The notes: generated by a model not told the origin, from the letters alone. Shown: positions 20,056 to 30,258, counted from the stretch's first letter. The stretch: 64,000 bases of DNA from Candidatus Latescibacterota bacterium (GCA_965203805.1 OZ241917.1:3840001-3904000), one strand, 5' to 3'. Translations and numbers: made by a program.

Positions 20056-20249
20056 AACCTTGATTCGTCATTATTCGGGGACGTTAATTCGAATATGTGC
20101 AAGTAAATAAAGGTGATTTAACTGCTGATTTCTGTGATCCTTCAGGTCACTGGACGTGAACGGAAAAAATGTCCTTCCGGACGACCTTTTCGGCCCAATT
20201 CGAAAGGTGTTGTCGCGCCGCCGCGTTGCTGATTTTGTCGCATTAAGGT
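20056..20249 (+). repeat. ~194-bp direct repeat, copy B
   Basis: Near-identical to 19691-19884, offset by 365 bp. Confidence 0.9.
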
Positions 20250-20318
20250 TAGGTCTTTATCCTGTTCATCCTGTCCATCCATGTTGTATGTTATTCAGAT
20301 TAGAAAGGAGAAGCAAGA

Positions 20319-20750
20319 ATGGATTCGTTCAAACGCATCGTCGGTGTCTATCTGATCCTCGTGGCCGCCGTGGTTGCCATCCACACGGTCGTCGAACCGC
20401 TGTATTATACGTCCACCGAAGCCAGTCCGTACAGCCCGCACTGGAGCAAGATCAACGCGCTTATGGTGCTGGCGATCGTATTGGGTCTGGTATTCGGGTG
20501 CATCCGCAAGCGGGGCGTTGGCGGCGAGGAAGGGAGCGCGGTTACCCGGGAGTACCTGGAAGCGCATGTCCTGTTCTACGGCCTTCTTTTTGTGGCCATT
20601 CTCTTTTTCTGGAATTTCTTCAACCTGCACAGTCCCGGCTTTACGGCGATTGCGCACGATACCGCATCGGCAGTGTGGATTGTGATCGACGCCGCCCTGC
20701 CGATCATCCTGGGTGCAATGGGCGCCTCTCTGCTCAGATCCCGGGGGTAA
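20319..20750 (+). CDS. Hypothetical four-TM membrane protein
   Basis: AAGGAG RBS and four hydrophobic segments. Confidence 0.75.
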   Translation: MDSFKRIVGVYLILVAAVVAIHTVVEPLYYTSTEASPYSPHWSKINALMVLAIVLGLVFGCIRKRGVGGEEGSAVTREYLEAHVLFYGLLFVAILFFWNFFNLHSPGFTAIAHDTASAVWIVIDAALPIILGAMGASLLRSRG

Positions 20751-20886
20751 ATCGGGACCAATCCAGGCGCAGGTCTGGCGCATCGGCTAGGTGAATGACA
20801 AAGCCGTCAGCTGGTCTGAAACCCAGTCTGACGGCTTTACCAATTCAGGTGTTCCTGTCGACAGGCTGCGCAGGTCGATCGCAGGT

Positions 20887-21282
20887 TCAACGCGTTCTTT
20901 CACGCGCGATCAGCAGGTCGGCAGGAATGCCCAGGTTCTCGGTGAGCGACCCGATCTGGCGAAGCGACAGGTTTCGCCTGCCGCTGAAGAATTCCGAGAC
21001 GCGGCTTCTGCCGCCGAGCCATTCGGCGAGATCGGATCGCGAGAGTCCTTTCTGTTCCAGCATAAATGCCACGATCTCTCGGGGATCCATGGTATCATCC
21101 ATGGGAAATCTGACGTCTTCGTACGCCTGTACCAGAACCGATAGAAACTCCAGCCGTTCGTATGCTTCTGAATCAGGCTGGGGATCGGCATCGAGCAGGT
21201 GATCGATTTCGCCCAAAGCCGCGTTGTACTCGTCCTCGTTTCTTAGAACGTGAGGTCTCGTAAAATCGAGAAGCATTGCCAT
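20887..21282 (-). CDS. higA: HigA-type HTH antitoxin
   Basis: P.VLRNEDEYNAAL..IDHLLD...LE.LSVLVQAYE..FP...M.QKGL...DLA..LG.RSRVSEFFSG.R.LS..QI..L...LGIPADLLI. Confidence 0.9.
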   Translation of the reverse strand: MAMLLDFTRPHVLRNEDEYNAALGEIDHLLDADPQPDSEAYERLEFLSVLVQAYEDVRFPMDDTMDPREIVAFMLEQKGLSRSDLAEWLGGRSRVSEFFSGRRNLSLRQIGSLTENLGIPADLLIARERTR

Positions 21283-21304
21283 ATCCGATTCCTTTTGGGA
21301 ACGT

Positions 21305-21601
21305 TCACAGATTGCTGCTTCGGATGCGTCGGGCGTATTCCTGGTGCGTAAGCACGTGTCGGATGTAAACCCTCCCGAGGTCGTAACGCATATCGACAAT
21401 CAGCCTGTACTTGTTGCCACCGATGTTGAAAACTGTCCGCCAACTTCCAAGGAAACTTGCAGTGGGAAAATCACGTCGAACTTCGTAAGGGCTGAGGTAG
21501 CTTTTTGATCTTACGATGGCCAGCCAGGCTCTGAGGGGCCGCTGGGAGTCCGAATGCTTCCGCCAGAATTCCAGCAGTTTCTTGCGGGAAATTACGTGCA
21601 T
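21305..21601 (-). CDS. higB: HigB-family mRNA interferase toxin
   Basis: MHVISRKKLLEFW.KH...L.AW...V...FP.AS...VFNIGGNKYRLIV...Y...VYIRHVLTH.EY. Confidence 0.92.
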   Translation of the reverse strand: MHVISRKKLLEFWRKHSDSQRPLRAWLAIVRSKSYLSPYEVRRDFPTASFLGSWRTVFNIGGNKYRLIVDMRYDLGRVYIRHVLTHQEYARRIRSSNL

Positions 21602-21630
21602 CGGGGAATACCATTGGTTACCTGGATCAT

Positions 21631-21665
21631 GTTCCCAATATGGTAACTTCAGATTGAATTGTCAA
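21631..21665 (-). promoter_or_regulatory. higBA promoter with an overlapping imperfect palindrome (putative operator)
   Basis: Minus strand TTGACA-N17-CATATT. GTTACCATATTGGGAAC spans the -10 element. Confidence 0.55.
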
Positions 21666-21669
21666 GAGA

Positions 21670-22569
21670 TTATTCCTGATTTGTTCGAATCGATCGTGAA
21701 CCGAGTTGCTGGATCAGCAGGCCGACGACGATGAGAATCAGTCCGATGGGGGTGGAGAGAAGGATTTCTTCGCCCACCAGGAAATGGATGAAGACCAGGG
21801 AGACGAACGGAGAGATGAAGATCAGGTTGGCGACTCTGGCCGTGGTTTCGGAGAGTCGTAACGCGACGAGCCAGAAGACGAAGGCGATGCCCATTTCGAT
21901 AACCCCCACGTAGGCTGCGCCCAGAAGGCCGTAGGGACTGGAAACATGGACGTCCGAAAAGAGCAGGCAGAGGACGAAGAGAAACGGCAGGGCAAACGTG
22001 AAGTTGAGGAATAGGCCGACAACCGCGTCGCGTTCATCGCGCGTATTGTAAATCCAGTATAACGCCCATACAATCGTGCTCCCAAGGGCCAGGGTGACTC
22101 CTGCGGGATCTGAGAGCCGGAAGTCCAGGATGTTGCCGCGCGTGGAGATCACCAGAACGCCTGCATAACACACGAACCCCGCGAGGATTTCCTGTGGTCT
22201 AATGCGCTGTTTCAATAGTGGAATGGACAGGATCGAGAGCGTGATCGCCCAGGTGTAGTTCAGGGGCTGGGCTTCCTGAGCGGGCAGAAGATCGTACGCC
22301 TTGAAGAGGATCAGGTAGTAGAGGCACGGGTTGAGCAGGCCGAGAAGGACGGACTTCAGATATTGTCGTCTTGAGTACGAAAAAACGAGGCGTTGTTTGC
22401 CCTGGATGATCACAATGAGTCCCAAGGTCAACGTTGACGCCAGGCCCGCATAGAGCAGAAGTTGGAGGGGATCCAGGTACCGGAGGGAGATCTTGAAGGC
22501 GGAGGCGACGGTGGACCAGAGAAGAACCGTGGCGATGGCGTAGAGGTAGGCTTTATTCTGGTCGCGCAT
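21670..22569 (-). CDS. DMT/EamA-family transporter
   Basis: About 10 TM segments in two EamA repeats, with LLWSTVASAFK and AQPLNYTW. Confidence 0.88.
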   Translation of the reverse strand: MRDQNKAYLYAIATVLLWSTVASAFKISLRYLDPLQLLLYAGLASTLTLGLIVIIQGKQRLVFSYSRRQYLKSVLLGLLNPCLYYLILFKAYDLLPAQEAQPLNYTWAITLSILSIPLLKQRIRPQEILAGFVCYAGVLVISTRGNILDFRLSDPAGVTLALGSTIVWALYWIYNTRDERDAVVGLFLNFTFALPFLFVLCLLFSDVHVSSPYGLLGAAYVGVIEMGIAFVFWLVALRLSETTARVANLIFISPFVSLVFIHFLVGEEILLSTPIGLILIVVGLLIQQLGSRSIRTNQE

Positions 22570-22587
22570 CGAGCGTACGGGTAACAG

Positions 22588-22613
22588 GGGCGACCACATG
22601 GGTCGCCCCTACA
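22588..22613 (-). repeat. REP-like GTAG hairpin, copy 2
   Basis: Minus strand reads TGTAGGGGCGACCCATGTGGTCGCCC. Confidence 0.7.
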
Positions 22614-22690
22614 TTGACAAGGCACCCGCGAATTGATTTCGAGAGGCCGTATCGCAATCCGGTTTTGGCGGAAAGCTGACCGCTTCTCTT

Positions 22691-23626
22691 CTATTCCTTC
22701 TCGACTTTGTCCAGTTTGCGTTCGTAACTCATATCGACCTCGGCGCGGATATTGTCCACGGGTTTCCGGTGGTCTATCCGCCTGACCTCGGGGCGCGTGA
22801 GGTTCGTCCGCATTTTGTGAGAGACTACAATACCGCGGGTGGCGTCGATGACCCAGTCGCCCTTCCCTTCTCCTGTCCCGTGGACAACCAGAGAAAGGGA
22901 GCCGATATTGACGAACGCCTTGTAGCGGACTTTTCTGTCTTCCTCGAACGTGACGATTTTATTTCCCTTCTTGGAACCGACATTTTTTACTTTGTAATTG
23001 CTCTTGAGTTCCACAATGGCCTCGTCATCCAACACCAGGAACGGGGTCTTGAAATTCGTCTCACCGGTCCAGGTGTCGCCGGGTCCGACCGGACCCGGAG
23101 GAAGGACCGGTTGAAGTTCGGGCGTCCAGATTTGCAGCAAGTCCGTGAGGACGTCCGGACGGTTGAGTTCCCGTGCGGAATTTTTGCTCGAGTGCCGTTC
23201 AACCGTGCCGTCCGGCGAAAGAAACCACGTGAGTTCCCAGTCGTCCAACTGCTCCAGCGTATAGGGAAACTGGTCGTGTGTAAGCCGTTTGTTTTCGAAG
23301 AAAAAGCCGTTGACGGCCTTGCTTAGTTTTGCGACAAGCCGTGTGACATTTCCGTCGGATTCACCATCTGAGCCGGCATGGACGCTTTCCCGGCTTCGCC
23401 ATTCGCCCCTGATCTCGCCCGAGGTAAATCCCCGCTTCGTGCGTCCGGGCACGATCACTTCGGAGCGGTCGCTCTTGATGGCGAAAGAGTACTTGTGCTT
23501 GTATTTGATGGTACGACCGTCCGGATAGGTGACCTGAAGCGCGACTTTGTCCGCGGCGCGAATGGATGCGCCTGATGACAACAGCAACGCCAGACACAGG
23601 ACCGGCGGCATGCCCAGGGATTTCAT
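22691..23626 (-). CDS. Hypothetical secreted beta-rich protein
   Basis: AAGGAGGA RBS, signal peptide MKSLGMPPVLCLALLLSSGASIRA and LP..PV.PGDTW motif. Confidence 0.75.
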   Translation of the reverse strand: MKSLGMPPVLCLALLLSSGASIRAADKVALQVTYPDGRTIKYKHKYSFAIKSDRSEVIVPGRTKRGFTSGEIRGEWRSRESVHAGSDGESDGNVTRLVAKLSKAVNGFFFENKRLTHDQFPYTLEQLDDWELTWFLSPDGTVERHSSKNSARELNRPDVLTDLLQIWTPELQPVLPPGPVGPGDTWTGETNFKTPFLVLDDEAIVELKSNYKVKNVGSKKGNKIVTFEEDRKVRYKAFVNIGSLSLVVHGTGEGKGDWVIDATRGIVVSHKMRTNLTRPEVRRIDHRKPVDNIRAEVDMSYERKLDKVEKE

Positions 23627-23652
23627 GTTGAGTCCTCCTTTGTGAACGACCG

Positions 23653-24924
23653 TCACTTGAAAAGAAGCCCGAAATAGAAGAGAGGGCTGAAGAGTTTCTT
23701 CTTGGGAACGGCATTGGCGATCATGCCGGTGATGAGTTCGCTGATCTGCCGATTCTGCGCCGCCTTCTGAATGACGAGATTGAGCAGGGGCCGCCAGCGG
23801 CCCAGGTCCTGCAGGCGCTTGCTGGTTCTGAGCTCGTCGCCGATGGCATCCCACAAACGGTCTTCGTATCGTTTCAGGAAGGCTTCGCTGAAGTCATTCG
23901 CCGCCCGGGCTTCGGCGGCGACCTGAGCGGCGAAGCGAGCGGCATACAGAGCGTTGCCGATGCCCTCCCCCGTAAAGGGGTCGATCAGCCCGGCGGCGTC
24001 GCCGAGCAGCATGAATCCGTTGCCGTAGCTCTTCCTTCGGATGCTGCCGATGGGCAGGTTCCATCCGATGGGTTCTTCCATGGCGCGCGCATTCGCGAAC
24101 CGCCGGTCGAACGGCGGGCGGTTGATCACCGACTGAAGCGCGTCCTTCAGGTTGACTTTGCGGCGTTTGAGGCTGCTGTGCAGCATGCCGATGCCGACGT
24201 TCGCATAGCCGTTCTCAAGGGGAAAGGCCCAGAAGTATCCCGGCAGGACTTCATTGACGAAGTGCAGTTCGATCTGGTCCTTCAGGCCCGTCACGTTCTC
24301 GTAGTAACAGCGCAGGGCAACAACCCAGTGGCGGCCGTCGTGGCGATACTGTCCCGTTCGTCGGGCGACGATGGAGTTGAAGCCGTCACAACCCATCACC
24401 AGGCTGGCGCGGAAAGTGCGCTGTTGTCCGTTAGCGCTGCCGGTTACGCCCGTGACGGTTCCGTCTTCCCTGACAAGGTCCTTTACGGTAAATCCCTCGA
24501 TGCACGTATCGACGGAATTACGGGCCTCGCCGAACAGAAAGGCGTCGAAAACCGTCCGGCGGATGACAAACCCCTCCATGGGGAGATCACGCCCGGTACC
24601 GATGTCGTGAAGGGTATGCCGCTCCAGGTCGATCCAGGCATCCACGTGATTCGGGCTGCTGAAGACGATTTTATTGATAAATGCGCCGGGCAGGTCCCGG
24701 ATCTTATCGAGCAGTCCGAGTTCGAGCAGGACAGCCACGGCTTTTCCCGACAGGGCGTCGCCGCAGACTTTGTCTCTGGGAAAAGTGGATTTGTCCAGCA
24801 GAAGGGTCTTGAGACCGTGTCGGGATGCGTACAATGCGGCGGCGGCGCCCGCCGGCCCCGCGCCGACGATGATCAGATCGTAGGTGGCTCGTTGAAGGTC
24901 CGGCATAGAGTCTCGGAATTGCAA
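23653..24924 (-). CDS. Geranylgeranyl reductase-family FAD oxidoreductase
   Basis: IIVGAGPAG, FPRDKVCGD, GYFWAFP...ANVGIG and LLGDAAGLIDPFTGEGIGNA. Confidence 0.92.
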   Translation of the reverse strand: MQFRDSMPDLQRATYDLIIVGAGPAGAAAALYASRHGLKTLLLDKSTFPRDKVCGDALSGKAVAVLLELGLLDKIRDLPGAFINKIVFSSPNHVDAWIDLERHTLHDIGTGRDLPMEGFVIRRTVFDAFLFGEARNSVDTCIEGFTVKDLVREDGTVTGVTGSANGQQRTFRASLVMGCDGFNSIVARRTGQYRHDGRHWVVALRCYYENVTGLKDQIELHFVNEVLPGYFWAFPLENGYANVGIGMLHSSLKRRKVNLKDALQSVINRPPFDRRFANARAMEEPIGWNLPIGSIRRKSYGNGFMLLGDAAGLIDPFTGEGIGNALYAARFAAQVAAEARAANDFSEAFLKRYEDRLWDAIGDELRTSKRLQDLGRWRPLLNLVIQKAAQNRQISELITGMIANAVPKKKLFSPLFYFGLLFK

Positions 24925-24994
24925 CGTCGTTGAATTCGTCCTTCGGTACCACTTAACTTATCCTGATCGGGCGCACGCGTCAAGCGGGAAAACC

Positions 24995-27196
24995 ATGCCG
25001 CCCGAGGCCGGGGATGGTGAATTGAGCAGACGACGCACGCGAAATCTGAAGCTGGAACGCCCCAACGGACTTCGCCAACCCGCGACCGTGGCCGCCGTCT
25101 TCCTGGGTCTCCACGTCGTTCTGGCATACTGGCGTCCCAATCCCTTCTGGGGCGCTGACCTCCTTACCTATTATCCCGATTCTCTGAAGGGCGTCTTCAT
25201 CCTGCTGGCGATACTCGTTTTCATTCCCGGCGTGCGCGCCCGGTTCCGCGCCCTTTTCGCGGCCCTGCCGGGTGCGGTCTGGGGCAGCGGCGTCCGCACC
25301 TGGATCACCCGCGCCCTGCTGATTCTCCTGGCGCTGGCCGGATTCATTGCGCTGCAGTCCTCCCGGCACCTCCTCGGCGACGGGTACCTCTATCTGCGGG
25401 AACTGGATGCCGGCATCACGCAGCGCGTCGACCGTGCGCCGTTAACCTTCGCGCTGATTCGCGTGCTGCATCACGCCGGCGCCGGGTTATGGCATACCGC
25501 CGAGAATACGTACCGTGTCTACAGCTATGCCTCCGGTCTCCTGTACCTCCTGCTGGCATTTGCCACGGCCGGCGTTCTGGGGAAGAACGATCGCGAAAAA
25601 TCCGTGGTATTGGCGTTCCTTGTCACCGCCGGATACGTGCAACTGTTCTTCGGTTACGTGGAGAACTACGCTTTCTACATGCCGGCCAGCCTGCTGTACC
25701 TGCTTGCGGGGCTTCGGAGTCTGGAAAACCGGGCGCCCCTGTGGGTACCCGCGCTGGCGCTCGGCCTGCTCATCCCGTTTCACTTTCTGTTTGTTCTCTT
25801 TGCGCCTTCCCTGCTCATACTTGCGTATTTCAGGTACAGGCGCCGGGAGACATCAACGCCGCGATGGAAGCGGATTCCGGCCAATGTCGCCGCGCTGTGC
25901 GCCGCCCCGGTTGCCGCCGTGCTGGTCTTCTGGCTGGCCGGGTTCGACGCCGCTGCTTTTCTGGAGCGGACCGGCGGAAAACACCACATCCTCCCGCTGT
26001 TTTCGGACCCCGGTTTTCACGTGCCCTACCGCATCGTTTCCATCTCGCATTTGCTCGACTTCGTCAACCTGCAGATCCTCTCCGCGCCGGCCGCGTTGAT
26101 GGCGCTGTTCCTGTTCGGCAGGCAGGATTTACGTCATCATCCGTTCCTGCTTGCCGCCGCCGTCGTTCCTCTTTTCTTTACGTTCATTGCAAACCCTGAA
26201 ATCGGCGCTTTCAGGGACTGGGACATTCTCGCGCTTCCCGCCCTGCCGCTTACGCTCTGGGCTGCCTCGGCGCTTCTGGAGAACGGCAAACGGGCGGGGC
26301 GGCGAGCCCGCAACATCTCCGTGATCTGCGCCGCGGCCGCCCTGCACACCATGCTGTGGATCGGGGTGAACGCCAATCCGGCGGCCGCCGAAGCGCGATA
26401 TGCGCATCTCGTAAGAAGGCTTGACGGACATGCGGGCTCCTACGGATGGGAGACACTCGGGACGTACTACCGCCTGCGAGGGAAAACGGTACCGGCACTC
26501 AATGCGTACAGGCGCGCGCTCGACGCGAATCCGCGCAACCCCCGACACTGGTTGGCGGTCGGGATCATCTACTGCGACCTCGGCCGGGCGGAGCGTGGGA
26601 TCGACCATCTCAGAAAGGCGGTGGAGATCCGGCCCGACCTCTCGGAGGCGCATATCAATCTGGGCGCCGCGTACCTTGGGACCGGGCGGCACGGGGAAGC
26701 GATTGACCACCTTGAGAAAGCCGTTGAACTCCAGCCGGGAAGCGCGCTCGCGCTCGTCAACCTCGGCGCCGCCTACAACGAGACAGGAAGGTTCAGCGAG
26801 GCTGTCGACCCACTTGGCAAGGCGCTTGAGATACAGCCTGGACACGCGGGAGCGCATGTCAATATCGGCGCGTCCTACCACGGTCTCGGCCGGTACGAGG
26901 AGGCGGTTGAACACCTGAAGAAAGCGCTCGAGCTCCAGCCCGCGCTGCGCAGCGCACAGACCTATCTGAACATCGGCGGCACCTATCACAGCATGGGCCG
27001 GTTCGAAGAGGCGATCCCGTACCTGAAGAAGGCCATTGAAATCAACCCCCGGCTCACGAACGCCTACTTCAATCTGGGCCTGGCCTACGGCGCTCTGAAT
27101 CGGATGGAGGAAGCCAGAGCCAATCTGCGAAAGGTCCTGGAACTGAATCCCGATGATCCCCAGGCGCCGGTGATCAGACAGTTGTTGAGGCGATGA
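24995..27196 (+). CDS. Multi-TM membrane protein with a C-terminal TPR array
   Basis: Hydrophobic N-terminal ~470 aa followed by about seven TPRs (A..NLG..Y...GR..EA...L.KA.E..P). Confidence 0.85.
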   Translation: MPPEAGDGELSRRRTRNLKLERPNGLRQPATVAAVFLGLHVVLAYWRPNPFWGADLLTYYPDSLKGVFILLAILVFIPGVRARFRALFAALPGAVWGSGVRTWITRALLILLALAGFIALQSSRHLLGDGYLYLRELDAGITQRVDRAPLTFALIRVLHHAGAGLWHTAENTYRVYSYASGLLYLLLAFATAGVLGKNDREKSVVLAFLVTAGYVQLFFGYVENYAFYMPASLLYLLAGLRSLENRAPLWVPALALGLLIPFHFLFVLFAPSLLILAYFRYRRRETSTPRWKRIPANVAALCAAPVAAVLVFWLAGFDAAAFLERTGGKHHILPLFSDPGFHVPYRIVSISHLLDFVNLQILSAPAALMALFLFGRQDLRHHPFLLAAAVVPLFFTFIANPEIGAFRDWDILALPALPLTLWAASALLENGKRAGRRARNISVICAAAALHTMLWIGVNANPAAAEARYAHLVRRLDGHAGSYGWETLGTYYRLRGKTVPALNAYRRALDANPRNPRHWLAVGIIYCDLGRAERGIDHLRKAVEIRPDLSEAHINLGAAYLGTGRHGEAIDHLEKAVELQPGSALALVNLGAAYNETGRFSEAVDPLGKALEIQPGHAGAHVNIGASYHGLGRYEEAVEHLKKALELQPALRSAQTYLNIGGTYHSMGRFEEAIPYLKKAIEINPRLTNAYFNLGLAYGALNRMEEARANLRKVLELNPDDPQAPVIRQLLRR

Positions 27197-27230
27197 GCTG
27201 TCAGCCGTCAGCCAAAACCGAAAGGCGAGA

Positions 27231-27343
27231 CCTACCCCCTATCCCCCTTCCCGGGGGGAAGGGGGAAACTGTGACCCGCTCAAGGTCTCCTGGTTTTCTC
27301 CCCCTCTCCCCCCGGGAGAGGGGGCCGGGGGGAGAGGTCTGCG
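27231..27343. repeat. Composite REP-like hairpin element
   Basis: CCTACCCCCT..CCCCTTCC..GGAAGGGGG...CCCCTCTCCCCCCGGGAGAGGGGGCCGGGGGGAGAGGTCTGCG. Confidence 0.75.
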
Positions 27344-27383
27344 CCTCTTCCGGGCATGCCATATCACGGCGCTGACGTCAACG

Positions 27384-27535
27384 GGTTTGGTTCTTGCTTC
27401 AAGCTGACTGCCGAACGCTAACTGCTGAAAGCTGCTTCTCGACGGCAGGGAATTTGGGGAAAGGGGTTTTGGATTTGCTTTTTGTCTTTTGCTTCAAGCT
27501 GACTGCTGAACGCTGATAGCTGACAGCTGCTTTTC
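27384..27535. repeat. GCTGA-type heptamer repeat tract sharing a block with 32457-32605
   Basis: TTGCTTCAAGCTGACTGC...GCTGATAGCTGACAGC, and GGGAATTTGGGGAAA.GGGGTTTTG shared with 32457. Confidence 0.6.
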
Positions 27536-27542
27536 TACACAG

Positions 27543-28388
27543 GTGACTTATTTGGAACGAATCTACTTCATATCCGACGTCCACATCGGGTCGCCTGGAG
27601 TGGGAGACGCAACCCGGGAGCGGGAAGACGTCCTGATCGACTTTCTGAAGTCGATCCGCCACAACGCCGGGACGCTCTATATTGTCGGCGATCTATTCGA
27701 CTTCTGGTTCGAGTACCGCACGACGGTCCCTTCGACCGGCGCCCGCGTCCTGTTCGAGCTCTACAACCTGGTGGAGTCCGGCGTGCGCGTGATCTACCTG
27801 CCCGGCAATCACGATCTCTGGCCTGGCGAGTACTTCTCCGAACAACTCGGCGTTGAACTCCCCGGCGGTCCGATCACGGTCACCCATCAGGGACTCAGGA
27901 TCCACATCGCCCACGGAGACGAAATCCGGACCGACTGGCGGTTCCGCCTGAGCCGCGGCATCCTGAAAAACCGATTCTGCATGGGCCTGTTTCGCCTCCT
28001 TCATCCGGACCTAGGCGCCACCCTCGCCCGGTACACCTCCCGGCTTTCCGAGTTCCGGATCCGGAGGCGGGGTTCCGGTAACCGGGATATTCTCTATAAG
28101 GCCGCCCGCGGGAAAATCGCGCACGGCGTCGACGTCGTGATTCATGGACACTACCACTTTTCGCTTCACGCTCGTGTGGGCGGTTCGAGCGACGACCGGG
28201 GACGTACGGAAACGGGTCCCGTTGATCGTGCCGATGACCCCGCCGAACGCAGAGGAGAACTCGTTGTCCTGGGCGACTGGATACAAAAATACACGTACGC
28301 GGTATTGGAAGACGGGAAAATCCAGCTCAAGCAATGGGAAAAGCGCGGTTCGCCTGAACTGTCGATCTCACCCGAAGAAGCACCGTAG
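27543..28388 (+). CDS. lpxH: UDP-2,3-diacylglucosamine diphosphatase (LpxH-like metallophosphoesterase)
   Basis: FISDVH, VGDLFDFWFEY, PGNHD, AHGD, HGHYH and LGDW. Confidence 0.8.
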   Translation: MTYLERIYFISDVHIGSPGVGDATREREDVLIDFLKSIRHNAGTLYIVGDLFDFWFEYRTTVPSTGARVLFELYNLVESGVRVIYLPGNHDLWPGEYFSEQLGVELPGGPITVTHQGLRIHIAHGDEIRTDWRFRLSRGILKNRFCMGLFRLLHPDLGATLARYTSRLSEFRIRRRGSGNRDILYKAARGKIAHGVDVVIHGHYHFSLHARVGGSSDDRGRTETGPVDRADDPAERRGELVVLGDWIQKYTYAVLEDGKIQLKQWEKRGSPELSISPEEAP

Positions 28389-28451
28389 CGAAACAGCATT
28401 GCGCCGGCGATTCCTCGGGAAACCATAGCCCGGCCATCAGAGAGCGTAAAA

Positions 28452-29942
28452 GTGATCCTCGCCATCGACCAGGGCACCACGGGCACGACCGTGCTCGTTA
28501 TCAACCGTACAGGCGACATCGCCGGCCGCGCCTATGCGGAATTCAACCAGATTTATCCGAAGCCCGGTTGGGTTTCTCACAACGCGGAGGAAATCTGGCG
28601 TTCCACGCTGTCCGTGATCGCCGAGGCGGTCCGAGACGCGGGTGTGCGGCCGCGGGACATGGCGGGGATCGGGATCGCCAACCAGCGGGAGACCGCCGTC
28701 CTGTGGGACAGGCTTTCAGGCGAACCCGTACACGACGCCATTGTCTGGCAGTGCCGGCGTACGACCGACCTGTGTCGCGCGTACCGGGAACGAGGGCTCG
28801 AGGAAACGGTCAGTGAAAAAACGGGTCTTGTCATCGACCCCTACTTTTCCGCGACCAAAATCGTCTGGCTCCTGGAAAACGTACCCGGCCTCCGATGCCG
28901 CGCCGAAAAGGGCGACATCTGCTTCGGCACCATTGACGCCTATCTTCTATACCGCCTGACTGGCGGCAAGGCACACGCGACGGACCTCACCAACGCATCC
29001 CGCACCATGTGTTTCAATATTCACACGAAGGCATGGGACGCCGATCTGCTGGACGCGTTCGACATTCCGCGGGCGATTCTCCCCGAGGTCCACCCCTCCG
29101 CCCACGAGTTCGGCAGGACGGCGGGCGCGGGACCACTGCCGGCGGGTATCCCCATCGCCGGTATCGCGGGAGACCAGCAGGCCGCCCTCTTCGGGCAGCG
29201 CGGCGTATCCGAGGGCGACGTCAAGAACACCTATGGGACAGGCTGCTTCGCCCTGTTTCACACTGGGTCCAAAGCGTTTCCTTCGAAAAACGGCCTGCTC
29301 ACCACACTGGCCTGCGATGCCGGCGGCGGCCCGGCCTACGCCCTGGAAGGTTCCGTCTTCAGCGCCGGATCGGCCGTTCAATGGTTGCGCGACGGCCTGG
29401 GCCTGATCGCGAGTGCGTCCGAAACGGAAATCCTCGCCCGATCGGTTCCGGATAACGACGGCGTCTACCTGGTCCCCGCGTTCACGGGCCTGGGCGCGCC
29501 CTACTGGGACCCGGATGCCCGCGGGACCATTGTGGGCATCAATCGCGGAACAGACCGGGCCCACCTGGCGCGGGCCACGCTCGAATCCATCGCCTATCAA
29601 AGCGCCGCTCTTGTGGACGCCATGGCCGCCGACACGGGGCGACCGGTAACCGGAATCCGCGTTGACGGCGGCGCTTCCGGGAACGACTTTCTGATGCAGT
29701 TCCAGGCCGATATCCTCAATACGCGCGTGATCCGGCCCCGGCATACGGAGACCACCGCCCTGGGCGCCGCCATGCTCGCGGGGCTTACGACCGGTGTCTG
29801 GACCGGCCCTGAGGCGCTGTCGGGTTTGAATCCTCCCGAACGTACGTTCGAACCGTCAATGTCCCAAAAAAAGCGCGACGCCCTGCTGAAACGCTGGCGT
29901 CACGCCGTTGAGACCGCCCGCCGCCACGGGAATCCCGAATAA
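28452..29942 (+). CDS. glpK: Glycerol kinase
   Basis: AIDQGTTG, NQRET, AIVWQCRRT, DPYFSATK, TNASRT, GDQQAALFGQ, KNTYGTGCF and PAFTGLGAPYWD. Confidence 0.97.
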   Translation: MILAIDQGTTGTTVLVINRTGDIAGRAYAEFNQIYPKPGWVSHNAEEIWRSTLSVIAEAVRDAGVRPRDMAGIGIANQRETAVLWDRLSGEPVHDAIVWQCRRTTDLCRAYRERGLEETVSEKTGLVIDPYFSATKIVWLLENVPGLRCRAEKGDICFGTIDAYLLYRLTGGKAHATDLTNASRTMCFNIHTKAWDADLLDAFDIPRAILPEVHPSAHEFGRTAGAGPLPAGIPIAGIAGDQQAALFGQRGVSEGDVKNTYGTGCFALFHTGSKAFPSKNGLLTTLACDAGGGPAYALEGSVFSAGSAVQWLRDGLGLIASASETEILARSVPDNDGVYLVPAFTGLGAPYWDPDARGTIVGINRGTDRAHLARATLESIAYQSAALVDAMAADTGRPVTGIRVDGGASGNDFLMQFQADILNTRVIRPRHTETTALGAAMLAGLTTGVWTGPEALSGLNPPERTFEPSMSQKKRDALLKRWRHAVETARRHGNPE

Positions 29943-30114
29943 AAAAGCGATCGCTAAAACCGGGGAGACGTAAGCCGGTAGACGGTAGTTAAAGGCGGTG
30001 AGACGTAAGACGGTAGACGGTAGAGGAAGTCATTTACAGTAGTGTTTCTGCAGTAACCGTGCCTGTTAATTTACCGTTATCGTAACGATAAGAAAAACCA
30101 TAGAGCACTAAAAT

Positions 30115-30161
30115 CCTCTCCCCTCTCACGTCTCCCCCTGGGGAGGGGCCGGGGGGAGAGG
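30115..30161. repeat. Partial REP-like element between convergent glpK and ilvD
   Basis: CCTCTCCCC...CCCCCTGGGGAGGGGCCGGGGGGAGAGG, near GAGACGTAAG/ACGGTAG heptamers at 29965-30025. Confidence 0.55.
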
Positions 30162-30258
30162 TTCCGCCCGTATCGCTGATGGACTTCGCCTGGCCATATC
30201 GATATCCTGTGGGCGCGGTGTGATCCTCTCCCCTCTCCCCTCTCACGTCTCCCCGCCT

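Noticed and set aside
28180-28255. About 25-aa low-complexity insertion in the LpxH-like protein
   Set aside because: It is in frame and short, with no intein or repeat signature. Probably a variable loop.
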